Origin: Heterodontus francisci
Lineage: Eukaryota
Assembly: GCF_036365525.1 (NCBI RefSeq)
Contig: NC_090401.1
Span: forward strand, 61,266,868 to 61,330,867
Reading direction: 5' to 3'
DNA: 64,000 nt
Shown here: in pieces, positions 13,155 through 25,019 of the stretch
Position numbering within the stretch: the first letter of the stretch is position 1
Layout of the letters: the number at the start of each line of letters is the position of its first letter
Notes under the pieces: generated by a model
Seen by the model: only the letters and a program-made list of their open reading frames with translations
Told to the model about the DNA's origin: nothing
The model's database searches: none
Made by a program: the position numbers and the translations under genes

Positions 13155-14172
13155 GAGATTCGGGATAAATGGAGTCTTTTCCGGTTGGCAAGCTGTAACT
13201 AGAGGGGTGCCACAGGGATCAATGCTGAGGCCTCAACTATTACAATCTCTATTAATGACTTGGATGAAGGGGCCGAGTGGATTGTAGCCAATTTGCTGAC
13301 GATACAAAGTTAGGTGGGAAAGCAAGTTGCGAGGAGGACACAGCGAGCCTGCAAAGAGATACAGATAGGTTAAGTGAGTGGGCAAAATTTGGCAGATGGA
13401 ATATAATGGGAGAAAATGTGACAAAAGCAGAATATTATTTATTTGCAGAGAGACTGCAGAATGCTGCAGTACAGAGGGATCTGGGTCTCCTTGTACAAGA
13501 ATCCCAAAAAGTTAGCTTGCAGGGACAGAAAGTAATTAAGAAGGCTGATGGAGTGTTGGCCTTTATTGAAAGGGGGATGAAGTATTAAAGTAGGGAAGTC
13601 TTGCTACAGCTGTACAGGGCATTGGTGAGACTGTACCTAGAGTACCGTGTACAGTTTTGGTCTCCTTATTTAAGGAGGGATATACTTGCTTTGGAAGCAG
13701 TTCAGAGAAGGTTCACTAGGCTGATTCCTGAGGTGAAGGGATTGTCTTATGAGGAAAGGTTGAGCAAGTTGGGCCTATATTCATTGAAGTTTAGAAGAAT
13801 GAGAGGTGATCTTATCAAAACATGTAAGATTCTGAGGAGGCTTGACAGGGTAGATGCTGAGAGGATGTTTCTCCTTGTTGGGGAATCTAGAACTAGGAGG
13901 CACAGTTTAAAAATAAGGGATCTCCCATTTAAAACAGAGATGAGGAGGAATTTCTTCTCTCAGAGGGTCATTAATCTTTGGAATTCTCTTACCCAGAGAG
14001 CAGTGAAGGCTGGCTCATTGAATATATTCACGGCTGAGTTAGACAGATTTTTGATCGAAAAAATTTGAGGGTTATAGGGGGGCCTGCAGGAAAGTGGAGT
14101 TAAGGCCACAATCTTATTGAATGGCAGAGCAGGCTCGAGGGGCCGAATGGCCTACTCCTGCTCCTATTTCTT
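13155..14172 (+). mobile_element. CR1 LINE 3' portion
   Basis: ORFs 13277-13588 (FADDTKLGG) and 13601-14068 (LEYRVQFWSP, LWNSL). CR1 3' UTR ggccgaatggcctactcctgctccta. Confidence 0.9.
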
Positions 14173-14586
14173 GTGATCTTAGATCTAAGGTGTAGTGCCC
14201 AGAACTGAACACAATACTCTTGATATGGTCTTAGCAGAGCTTTGTATAGCTGTAGCATGGCTTCTAACTCCTTGTATTCTAGACCTCCAAATATAAAGGC
14301 CAGCATTTCATTAGTTTTCTTGATTGCTTTTTGTACCTGTCCATGACATTTTAATGATCTATGTACCTGGAATGGTTAACTCAGAAAACAATGGCAAGTG
14401 TACCCAGCAGAAAAGGACGTAAGAGTACAGAGGTCAGATACCAGCAGGTAAATGGATTATATGTGGTCTCAGCTGATTTGGAAGGCTCAGCCACCCCTAC
14501 AACCTCCTTAAAAGTGTATTTTGAATGCACCTGTAAAGATTTTCATCCATTTCAGTAACAATAGTTCTATTTGTTCAATGATGCAG

Positions 14587-14759
14587 CTCTCCCAGAGGAC
14601 GTAATAAAGGTTGGAAAAGATGTCAAGCCAACCATTGAAATCAAACAAACTGGAGACAACTTTGTTGTCACAACAAAAAATCCACGTCATTCTGTCACGA
14701 ATCAATTTACCATTGGAAAAGAGGCTGAGATCACTTCCATGGATGGCAAAAAGATAAAG
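14587..14759 (+). CDS. fabp10: fabp10 exon 2 ([58 protein letters not shown])
   Basis: CAG acceptor and GT donor. Canonical 173-bp FABP exon 2, in frame with exon 1. Confidence 0.96.
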
Positions 14760-15152
14760 GTATTTTCAGTCCCTTTTTGTTTATAATCCCTTGTGCTGCC
14801 TATTTCATATTGTCAGACATGAAGCAGTGCTCCTGTACATTCATAAATTATTTCAAATTCTTGAGCATGGTAGAAAATGCATTTTGGAAATGTTTCCTTA
14901 TGGCCCATAAGCTGGAAAGTGTAATGTGCACACATACACAGTTTTACATAGCAGAGGTTTGAGTGCAAGTATTTAGTTGATCTATCCCTCAGTATCACCA
15001 GGACAGCTCCATTAAATCCATCTATGAGCCTAGATTACAGCTCTCTGGTCTCAATGTGAACAAGATATTTAATTCCCCAGCTTCTTTCTGGGAGGTTGGA
15101 AGGCAAAATACCAAGCATTTGTGCACACTTACAATAATTTTGTTTTACACAG

Positions 15153-15242
15153 TGTACTGTTCAGATGGAAGATGAGAAGCTAATATGCAGGTTGCAAAAC
15201 TTTGTCCATGTACAGGAAGTGCAGGGGTCTGAAATGATTGAA
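15153..15242 (+). CDS. fabp10: fabp10 exon 3 (CTVQMEDEKLICRLQNFVHVQEVQGSEMIE)
   Basis: ttttacacag acceptor, GTAAGT donor, 90 bp, FABP10-like sequence. Confidence 0.95.
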
Positions 15243-16722
15243 GTAAGTACAATATTATATAGTTCCTCCAAGTATTCTACATGCAGTGCAGCTTTTGACA
15301 AATGCAAATAATAAGCTGCACATCAGTATGAGTTGTAGCCTAACTTCATAAGACAATAGTTATATAAAATCCATCTATAAATGATTTTGGAGTAAATTAT
15401 AATTGATAAAAGACACTTTACCAACAGCAGCAGAGAGGTTGAGGAGTGTTCTTAAACATAATTGACATTTTCCTATCATTTTTGTCTTTGTGTCAATGTG
15501 AACACTGTGTGGCCTCACTAACTGGACAAATAAGTCTGGGTCTATCAGCCCTATCTCCCACTGGGTGCTATGAACCTCACAAACTAATATGTATATGTAA
15601 TACAAACTCCCTGCTAACAGGAGCAGATGTTTCACATCGAAGTGCTTGGTTCTCATTGAAGATGAGATCAGGCCCAAGGCAGGAAACCTGCGCCTGATGG
15701 TCCTTTTAAAAATAAAACTGTCTTCTTTTTAAATTTGACTGTCAGCCAATTGGCCGGATTCTTGCTTCAATAAGCAAATGGTCCCAGAAAATTGAATTTT
15801 TATTTACAAACAAAAGTTTGTTAAAATTTTCTTCAAATTCCCCCTCCCTGTGAAATGAGTTTGGTAATCTCAATCAGGTACAAGTTTGCACTAAAATCTA
15901 AATTTTCAGAGTTTGGGCCAGGGAGGTATTGGAAAGCCTTGGCATTGCATGCTGCCAGGGAGCAAGCTATGTCACTGCAGCCCAGGGTTGAAAAACCTAT
16001 CCATAAAATGACTATTTCAGTCAAACAACAACAACTTATATTCATGTAGTGTCTTTAATGTAATAAAACATCCCAAGGCACTTCACAGGAGCATTAGAAA
16101 ACAAAATATCAATCAGACAGATGATAAGGATGGCTGACGTTACACCAATCTGGTAGTTGGTTTAAAACCCATTGGCCCTGAAATTCCTGCGTAGACATTG
16201 AATCGGATCTGGGGTGGTGCAGGACATCTGCCAATCCAGTACAGAAATCCAAGACCCTGTCCAAAATCCCAGGCGCAGGGTGGGTGACTACCTTTTCGAA
16301 TACAACTAGGACACCCATCTGACTGTGTTGGGTTTGATGGGAAAACATTTGGGATTGTGCAGAATGGGGAAAAAATTATTGGAAAACTAATTTGTTTTGC
16401 GCTTTGTGGCAATTCTTAAATAGCTGAAACCAGCCTGATAATTTTAAAAGCCCTCTCTTTACTACACAAGCTGAGCAAATCTAGATACCAGAGGCTCAGA
16501 GATGGCCAAGGCATCCGGTTTGCAGAGGGCCCAAATGAGGAAACTGATCATATGGTGCATTTTCCTAATTTATAAAACATTATAATAAGCCAACACCGAT
16601 CTAATGCATTTTCACTGTCACCTATTGGCTTTATTCTATTTGAAGATGCTATAATATTATGTGCACACGTGATGATATTTTTGCCATTGCGTTGACTCAT
16701 TTAATTCCTATTTTTTTAACAG

Positions 16723-16773
16723 AGACTTACTGCAGGCACCACCACCATGATAAGAAAAAGCCAGCGAATTTAA
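16723..16773 (+). CDS. fabp10: fabp10 exon 4 (RLTAGTTTMIRKSQRI*)
   Basis: tttttttaacag acceptor. Exons total 67+173+90+51=381 nt, i.e. 126 aa plus stop, the expected FABP10 length. Confidence 0.94.
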   Translation, partial: RLTAGTTTMIRKSQRI

Positions 16774-16801
16774 CCATAATGGAACTGGTCTCCTGTGACC
16801 T

Positions 16802-16812
16802 ATTAAAATAAA
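16802..16812 (+). terminator. fabp10 polyadenylation signal (overlapping ATTAAA/AATAAA)
   Basis: About 30 nt after the stop, followed by a GT-rich downstream tract (tgttgttctttgtgtgtg). Confidence 0.75.
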
Positions 16813-17286
16813 TGACAGAAATGCTGTTGTTCTTTGTGTGTGCTTGTATTTTGGTTCCCAAAGCATCAATAATAGACTCGGTAAAGTAACCCTAAACTGT
16901 ACAAAAGATCACTGGGTAAGGTCTCAATCAAAGACATTTGAAATCCTTCTAGCAACTAGTAGCTTCTGAAAACTTGCCCTTTGATGTCTATATGATATAA
17001 GTATGTATATATGTATCAGTATCTCTCTTACCGAAATACTTTAGGGGCTAGTTTAACCATAGGATATACCAGAGGGCAGAAGAGACATTATGAAGGCAAT
17101 GTAATGCCCGCATTGTGACAACCTCCAGTGTGGCCATGGAATGGAAATGTGTGGTAATGATCAGCACCCAACTCCACTTCTCCGCCTGCTGTAACAATCT
17201 AGGGCTATTGTTATATTCTTCAACTGCTTGCCTGACATCATAAACTAGATGAGCCAAACGTTTCTCTAGCTTATTGTTGGCAAAGA

Positions 17287-17800
17287 CTTGATTGGCACCC
17301 CATCTACCACCTTCAACTTTCACTCCCGCCACCACCGACGGACATTTGCAGCAGTGTGTACCATCTACAAGATGCACTGCAACAACGCACCAAGGCTCCT
17401 TCGACAGCACCTTCCAAACCTGCAAACTCGACCACCTAGAAGGACAAGGGCAGCAGATGCATGGGAACACCACCACCTGCAAGTTTCCCTCCAAATCACA
17501 CACCATCCTGACTTAGAACTATATCGCCGTTCCTTCAGTGTTGCTGGGTCAAAATCCTGGAACTTCCTTCCTAACAGCACTGTGGGTGTACCTACCCCAC
17601 ATGGACTGCAGCAGTTCAAGAAGGCGGCTTTTTTTTATTCATTCAGGGGATGTGGGCGTCATTGGCTATGCCAGCATTTATTGCTGATCCATAATCGCCC
17701 TTGAGAAGGTGGTGGTGAGCTTACCACTTCCTTCTCAAGGGCAATTAGGCATGGTCAATAAACGCTGGCATAGCTGGTGATGCGCACATCCCATGAAAGA
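17287..17800 (+). mobile_element. CR1/L2-group LINE 3' fragment between fabp10 and connexin A
   Basis: ORF 17288-17704 HSRHHRRTFAAVCTIYKMHC...SWNFLPN, matching the copy at 35554-35967. Confidence 0.8.
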
Positions 17801-18194
17801 ATTTTTTTTAAATGCCCCGGTCCCAACTTGAAAAGCCGCCAAACACCCACCACTGTGAATAACGCTGAACACTCGATGAGAGGTATATGGAGACATTAGT
17901 GGAAGTGTACCCCAGCAAGGAATTCACACATTCAGCAGAGGGAAGAAGGAAGAAAATTAGTGGAGGAAAAAACAGGAAGTGTAATCAAATGGTTTTTGCA
18001 ATCAATAGTTCCCAAATTCCCAGATTACAATTGCAGAGCTAAATGTGAAGGATGAATTGGATATTTCATGTAACTGTTTTACTGAGGATACAGGCCTGAG
18101 TTTACACAAATCACTAAATATTCAGATCTCAGTGGGTCTCCAACAAACTTTGATTGACTGTTGTTTGAAGAAGGAACACCGGCTATTCTTTTTT

Positions 18195-18863
18195 TTATTG
18201 TTTTCCACCGGAGAGAGACTGCTTACACTGAATAACACAGTATCTCACAATCAAATAGCACAGTTCAGCAATATTCAGCAAGATGCATACAGCTGAAGTC
18301 ACTAACATGAAAACAGTAAAGATTGTTTTCTCAGTTGGCCTAGAAACAAAACAATCCACAATATTAGGACAGGGATATTCACTGCATTTGACAAGTCTAA
18401 GCATCTTGTAACCTTCATAAACCCAATAGAATAAGTACATAAAGACAGCTTCAAATAACATTTTGAAGAAAATGCTGACCAAGTAAGTCCGAAGAAGAGG
18501 AGCATCGATTTTTGCTTTCTGCAAATCTGCAGACTGATTAAAGACTTTTATATTCTTCTTGCTTTTTTTCCTTTGATATATATGCATACCAATGAGAAAT
18601 GATGGAATGGACACAAAAAGAAGCTGGAAAACCCACAGCCTAATGTGGGAGATGGGGAAGAAACGGTCGTAGCAAACATTCCTGCAGCCAGGCTGCTGTG
18701 TGTTGCACACAAAGTCACTCTGCTCATCTCCCCATACAGTCTCAGCTGCCACCACCAAGACCAGGATACGGAAAATGAAAATGACCGAGAGCCACACTTT
18801 CCCCAGCGACGTTGAGTACTTGTTGACCCCATTCAGCAAAGAATGAAGGGAATGCCAATCCAT
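18195..18863 (-). CDS. Beta-type connexin (GJB1/GJB2-like), copy A, 222 aa, C-tail apparently truncated by frameshift
   Basis: Single-exon ORF with [42 protein letters not shown] and [16 protein letters not shown] (six extracellular Cys). Splice acceptor tttatttttag 11 nt upstream of the ATG (AG at 18875-18876). Confidence 0.93.
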   Translation of the reverse strand: MDWHSLHSLLNGVNKYSTSLGKVWLSVIFIFRILVLVVAAETVWGDEQSDFVCNTQQPGCRNVCYDRFFPISHIRLWVFQLLFVSIPSFLIGMHIYQRKKSKKNIKVFNQSADLQKAKIDAPLLRTYLVSIFFKMLFEAVFMYLFYWVYEGYKMLRLVKCSEYPCPNIVDCFVSRPTEKTIFTVFMLVTSAVCILLNIAELCYLIVRYCVIQCKQSLSGGKQ

Positions 18864-21800
18864 TTTGGATTACCCTAAAAATAAATAGCACCAGTTACCT
18901 TACTGCAACTAGGAATCTGATAGGAACATAGGAATTGATAGACAATAAAAACAAAGGCCTCTCTGGTTTGCCTGCTACCAACCAGTTAGTTGCATGATAC
19001 AAGGATAATGGGGTGTTGACTAATAATAGCAATCAATTTCTATCAATTAGTTTACAATAGCCCCAAACAAGAGGCAAGGAAAACCCCAGTGGCGGAATAT
19101 TGATCCAAAGTCACCTGTTCTTCCTAACCATGCTGAATATGTCAATGTCATGTCTCAATTTACTCCTATACTGTATCCCCAAAATATCTGCTTCCCAAAT
19201 TGCTGTAAATTCTGTTATTTAACTATCAATAATAATATAAAATTAAATAAAGTGAACAAAATGGATGCAAAATGGGTGCAGATTTGACATAACTGATCTC
19301 CACCCAATTTTCTGACTGATGACGCTCAATTATGTGTAAAAACATCTACCCTTCTATGCCTAAATGCTAATCGTCAATCATGGTTTACATGACTGTTTAT
19401 CATCAAAATCTCATGCCTTTCCAAATTAGTTAGCATCAAAACTAGTATAGCAACGGGGCTACGTAGGATATTCCAAAATTCATTTTGGCAATTGGTCCTA
19501 TTGAATAGATGTTGCTGGAGACTTGTAGACACAATGTGGAAGCCTGAAATTCCCCACATTGTGAGTTCCTAGTCACAGCTGGAGCTGGTACTAAATAAAG
19601 ATGAGGTTCTTTGCATAAGAGGTTGGGGGGGCAGTGTTGGTGGGCAGGTGTGGGGGAAGAGAACATCAGTCGAGAGAATGTGATACCATGGCTGTCTATA
19701 CTCCCTGACTGCTGATTAGCAGAGGCTATGGAACCTCAATAGGCTGGCTGCTCCACCAATTTCAAGTCAGAGGTTTAAAATTCTGATCCTCTCAGTTGGA
19801 AGTTTAAATTTAACACGGCCAACAAGAACTCCACCAGGAATTAGATGCATACTGCCTGTGGATCAGCTGGAATAGGCATATATATATCACACCACACTTC
19901 CAGAAACTAGGATAAATACCCATTAGAACATTAACTGCATATCCATTACCTCAAAGGAAATAGCCACTTGCCCATCAAACCAGCACAAAAAGTAAAACAC
20001 AATAAATTTACCTCATTGATACATATTCAATAAACCACCATGTAGGTGAGCCATAATCTCATGCGATATCATTAGCAAAAATAGGAAAATTGCACCTTAG
20101 TTTGCACTCACTCCAACAAACTGAAACCTTTTATGATGAAGAGTGACATTTGTCAAGAGAAATTAAATTATGTTGCAGGTGCACATCAACATTTTTTAAA
20201 CAGGACAGTCACAGCTATATTGGAAAAAAACAACATTGAAGAAATCTGAATAGGGTCGACTTGAATTAATTCTGGTCATTTCTACAAATTTGACACTAAC
20301 TCCTGGGCCATAGCTGGCACTGACTTTTGACTAACTCCCTGAGTATTGGTTGTATCAGCCAAATGCTGACATATATCTTCGTCTCAAGAATTTCCTAAAA
20401 GTTGGTGAATATGAAACCTTTGTGTTATAAACACAATTTATGGGAACCATTGATTATAGAAAATATTCCATTTGTTGCTTAACAATAAAGCCTATTCATA
20501 ATTGTTTGATAGAGATTTAACTCTGTCTATCCCAGCTCATACCTGTGCTCAGTATTGCCCTCGCTCCTTTATTTCCAAATTCAGAGATAATCCAAGGCAC
20601 ACTTTAATTGAAACAAAAGCTATTTATTGTAACATATAATCAGGTTTATAGCTCTAGGCAGATTATTATATTCCAAACAGGCCACTGCACTGCCACTTTC
20701 TAACAAACAGAACAAATGAGTTGTATATTCCAGTTAATATATCTTACATAAGCTTAGGAGTTAAAGTCATTCAGTTTCTTGGTTCAATATCCAGGTAACC
20801 AGACCCCCTTCATGGGCTGCAGAATAATGGAGCAAAGATAGCCTGACTCCACTCCCCAGGCAAAAGAAAAGAAAAAATACTGAATCTGAAAACTTATTCA
20901 CGAATATTCTAAGATTCCTTTAGATTTCCTCAAAAAATGACTTAGGTTGAATATAAACTGTGGTAACCAGGTCACAGTGAGCATTTGACTAATGGGCCTC
21001 AGAATGTGTCAAGCAATGATGCATTTTCTGCATGGTGTTTACATTCCAACTTTATATAACTCAGTAGAATAACAAATCTTGACTGAAAGTAGAATTTGTC
21101 ATTTCATAATCTGCTACACCAAAGACTAATCTTTCTTCTCTTGTTCACTTTTCCACAATCAGTCATCACTGATGGACACAGGGTTAAGGCAACATACCAA
21201 GGAGAAGCTCAGTCTAAATCACATTGCACTTAATGAGCTTTCCACATTCCGCTGTTAAAGGCACTTTCATACTGAAGGACTGCCAACAACAGCTACTGTA
21301 CAGCACTCCCACCATTGACAGCATATTTAAAATAAAAGCCCTGAAGTTCTGGAGATATAAAAGAAATGCAGACCCAAATTTCCAGCAGGTATCTAGTTAA
21401 AAGTGAACCTGGGCAACCAGATTCCCACCTTCAGCTCTGAAAATCACAGGTGTCAGCCTCCAACTGCCTTGAGTGAAGCAGCATCAGGAAATATGATAAA
21501 CAGGAGACAGCCGTGCATTGAAGTTATGGACTTCTGTTTGAATGTGCTCTGAGACTTCTTATGACAAGCTCCACTCCTCTATAACTCAACTTTTGTTCAT
21601 TTACATGAACATCAACCAACACTGAGTTATCAGGCATTTTAGGCTCAATTATCTGGTTTTATATAAAATATTGCATTTCATCTAATTCTCTAAGGTTCTA
21701 ACATCCATCTTCTATTCAAAACATAGCTTATAATGATAAGACTTCTAATCTGCTTTAGGTTCTTTATCTTAAATGTTCTATGTATGAATCAGTTTATTTA

Positions 21801-22106
21801 TAATCCTTTTCTGTTTGGTGAACGTATTTTATAGAGTCCGCATTCCCAGAGATCTACTGAAGGTTACAAAAAGCCAGTGATCACAGGCTCACAAGGAACC
21901 TAGAAGTGAATAGGTTATAATGGCTGTAACATTTAACAATGATAAACAGAATAATCTGAAATGCTAAATAAATAGGATACACGTAAGGAGAAAATTAATC
22001 ATTTTCGCTTGATAATATTTCATTGCAAAGTCACACAATGATTTAGTGAGCCATGAAATACATGTGTGTTGTATAATCATAAATAATTCAGAAATCATTG
22101 TCTTTT

Positions 22107-22883
22107 TTAACATGTGGAATTGAGATCTGAATAGCTCTCTTGATCATTATCGAACTTTGCTGTGCTGTTATTTGAGGAAATAATAGCAGCCATTAATTGT
22201 TTGTTTTTTTCATTGCTCTCTGCTACAGAAATCAACCTTCGCTTCCATTGCATAAAGCAATACCTTACAATCAAATAGCACAGTTCAGCAATATTCAGCA
22301 AGATGCATACAGCTGAAGTCACTAACATGAAAACAGTAAAGATTGTTTTCTCAGTTGGCCTAGAAACAAAACAATCCACAATATTAGGACAGGGATATTC
22401 ACTGCATTTGACAAGTCTAAGCATCTTGTAACCTTCATAAACCCAATAGAATAAGTACATAAAGACAGCTTCAAATAACATTTTGAAGAAAATGCTGACC
22501 AAGTAAGTCCAAAGAAGAGGGGCATCAATTTTTACTTTCTGCAAATCTGCAGACTGATTAAAGATTTTTATATTCTTCTTGCCTTTTTTCCTTTGATATA
22601 CATGCATACCAATGAGAAATGATGGAATGGACACAAAGAGAAGCTGGAAAACCCACAGCCTGATGTGGGAGATGGGGAAGAAACGGTCGTAGCAAACATT
22701 CCTGCAGCCAGGCTGCTGTGTGTTGCACACAAAGTCACTCTGCTCATCTCCCCATACAGTCTCAGCTGCCACCACCAAGACCAGGATACGGAAAATGAAA
22801 ATGACCGAGAGCCACACTTTCCCCAGCGACGTTGAGTACTTGTTGACCCCATTCAGCAGAGAATGAAGGAAATACCATCCCAT
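22107..22883 (-). CDS. Beta-type connexin (GJB1/GJB2-like), copy B, 258 aa
   Basis: Same connexin motifs. Acceptor tttattcctag 11 nt upstream of the ATG (AG at 22895-22896). Candidate AATAAA on the - strand at 21793-21798. Confidence 0.95.
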   Translation of the reverse strand: MGWYFLHSLLNGVNKYSTSLGKVWLSVIFIFRILVLVVAAETVWGDEQSDFVCNTQQPGCRNVCYDRFFPISHIRLWVFQLLFVSIPSFLIGMHVYQRKKGKKNIKIFNQSADLQKVKIDAPLLWTYLVSIFFKMLFEAVFMYLFYWVYEGYKMLRLVKCSEYPCPNIVDCFVSRPTEKTIFTVFMLVTSAVCILLNIAELCYLIVRYCFMQWKRRLISVAESNEKNKQLMAAIISSNNSTAKFDNDQESYSDLNSTC

Positions 22884-24420
22884 TCTTGATCACTCTAGGA
22901 ATAAACAGCACCAGTTACTTTACTAAAGCAGAAAATCTAGAAATGTATCTGCAGATCACTTTAACAATCTTGTATGTGCATACACTTCCTGTTTAACTTC
23001 TAGCATTGATTTTTGGTCGCACTTTTATGTCAGCATTTAACAGTGAAGCTGCGTAAGTGAAAATTTACAACAGAACTTCTGTATATAAACAGTTCACTGT
23101 AATAATGTTGCTGCAGGCTCTGGCTGGTAGGTGGCACTATGGAGCAAATTTCTTTAATTCATGTCTCTAATTCAGGTGGTCCTATTGACCAGTGGATTAA
23201 TGTGTTGATGGTATGGAGTTATCGAGAATACATCCATGCCCCAAATTTTCTGCATTGTGAGTTTCCAATCACTGCAAGAAAAGATGAAGTTCTTTACATA
23301 GACAGAAGAGGGATGTAGCAGAGAGAAGAGATTCCCACCTTTAGCAGTATTCTGTCCCCATCTCCTTTTACACCATCAGGTCAGCAGACTGGCATGGTAA
23401 GGGTTGTAAGTGAACTGCTCTCTGTTTTCCCAGTGAGAGATTTGAGCACAAAAACTGAGAAAGGAAATAAAAGGTGATGTTTTCTGTAACTCCCTGAAAG
23501 GTGCCTGTGGTATAAAAATTTAAATTATTTGTTAGCTGGACAACAAGCCAGTCCTAATATATTCCTGGTCTCTGTTTAATATCTTTCTACCTCTCTTTAA
23601 TAACTCTCTTTTCAGGAATCTGTGATTATTTTGGTTTCTTATAACATAAATGCAAAATATATTTTTCTTTCCAATTTTCTCTGCTCCTGAAGGCTTTTAC
23701 TCGGTATGCGTCTATAGGAATTGACAGCACTCCAGTTCTGCGCCCAAGTGATCATTTCCCATGTGTGTGTCAGTAAGCTGTTTGATTTATGCAGTCAAGT
23801 GCAGTACAAGATACTTATATTTCTGTAAGATGTTACCATTATCTTTAATTTGAAAGGCAAGTTGAATGTCTTTTATTTAAATGATGCATCTTACAACAAG
23901 TTCATTGTGATGTTTTAAAAAGTGGTGTCAACATGATAAAGCATTTTTCAACAGTGTTTATCACGTGCATGCACAGATGTGATTGATAACTCAATGTTGT
24001 TAACTGCACTAGGGCTGACAAATTCACTACTAAAAAACCATAAAAATTCATTTAAAAAGTCTGTGCTGTTATTCCACCTAATGCTACTTTGATTTTTGAC
24101 ATAGAACTATTGAGACTCGAGTGAAAGCATTATTTGGTTTGCCTCCTGCTTTCGGCACATAAACACAGATGAGCTTGTAGATTGTGTATTGAATATGCAG
24201 GGACTGGCTATAATCACACTACATTTACCTTCTCCATCTACATCTTGTGCGCCAGTAACAAATTTGTTTCGCTCTATGTACCTTTTGGGCTATAACTTAA
24301 AATTTGATGATCTTAATCCTGAACTTTTTTTTAAAATCAGCTTTGCTTTCTGAGAGACTTTTAAGTTCTGCATAAACAGATATTAACATCAAGGTGCCTG
24401 TCAAGTATAATGAAAAGCAG

Positions 24421-24645
24421 TAAAATAAAAATAAAATACTGCAGATGCTGGAAATCTGAAATAAAAACAGAAAGTGCTGGAAATGCTCAGCAGGTCAGGC
24501 AAGCATCTGTGGAGAGAGAAGCAGAGTTAACATTTCAGGTCTGTGACCTTTCATCACAGACCTGAAACGTTAAGTCTGCTTCTCTCTCCACAGATGCTGC
24601 CTGGCCTGCTGAGCATTTCCAGCACTTTCTGTTTTTATTATTTAG
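24421..24645. mobile_element. Palindromic Penelope-like non-autonomous element
   Basis: Inverted arms centred near 24550. 12-bp TSD AATGAAAAGCAG at 24409-24420 and 24646-24657. Confidence 0.75.
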
Positions 24646-25019
24646 AATGAAAAGCAGATCATTTTGGACATGCTACTTAATATTCAGTTGTTGTGCAAAA
24701 TTCCAGGGTTCTGTTTTCAGGAGAGATCATTGGTGGCTGTTCCAGGAACCATATCGCCTGGGCAATTCCTTAATACAGCAGTAGCAATTCCTTAATTATA
24801 ATGCATTCTGAGTTTTCAGTGAAACAAACTAAAAATGAAATTTTGACAGCATGTTCCAGTCTTAAGAATTCTTGGTCTGTTTCTTGCAAAATAGCTCCCA
24901 TCATATTTTGCAAGAATCACTGAAATCTACAATGTTAAAAATCATAAGCCTTGTGAAGACTTCATAGTGTCAAATATTATATTCATCTGTATCACATTTG
25001 GGTATGAAGCAAACTTCAT

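Noticed and set aside
12332-13168. Many overlapping GC-rich ORFs (also 37679-38177 and 39660-40385)
   Set aside because: They lie inside TIR-bounded MITEs, are low-complexity Pro/Gly-rich, and show no recognisable domains.
14571-14786. Listed 71-aa ORF as a stand-alone gene (likewise 59937-60137)
   Set aside because: These are exons of fabp10 and SRSF10 read through into intron sequence.
19900-21600. Possible promoter or first exon of connexin A between the two ORFs
   Set aside because: Several weak - strand donor-like sites (e.g. about 20008) exist, but none can be singled out from sequence alone.
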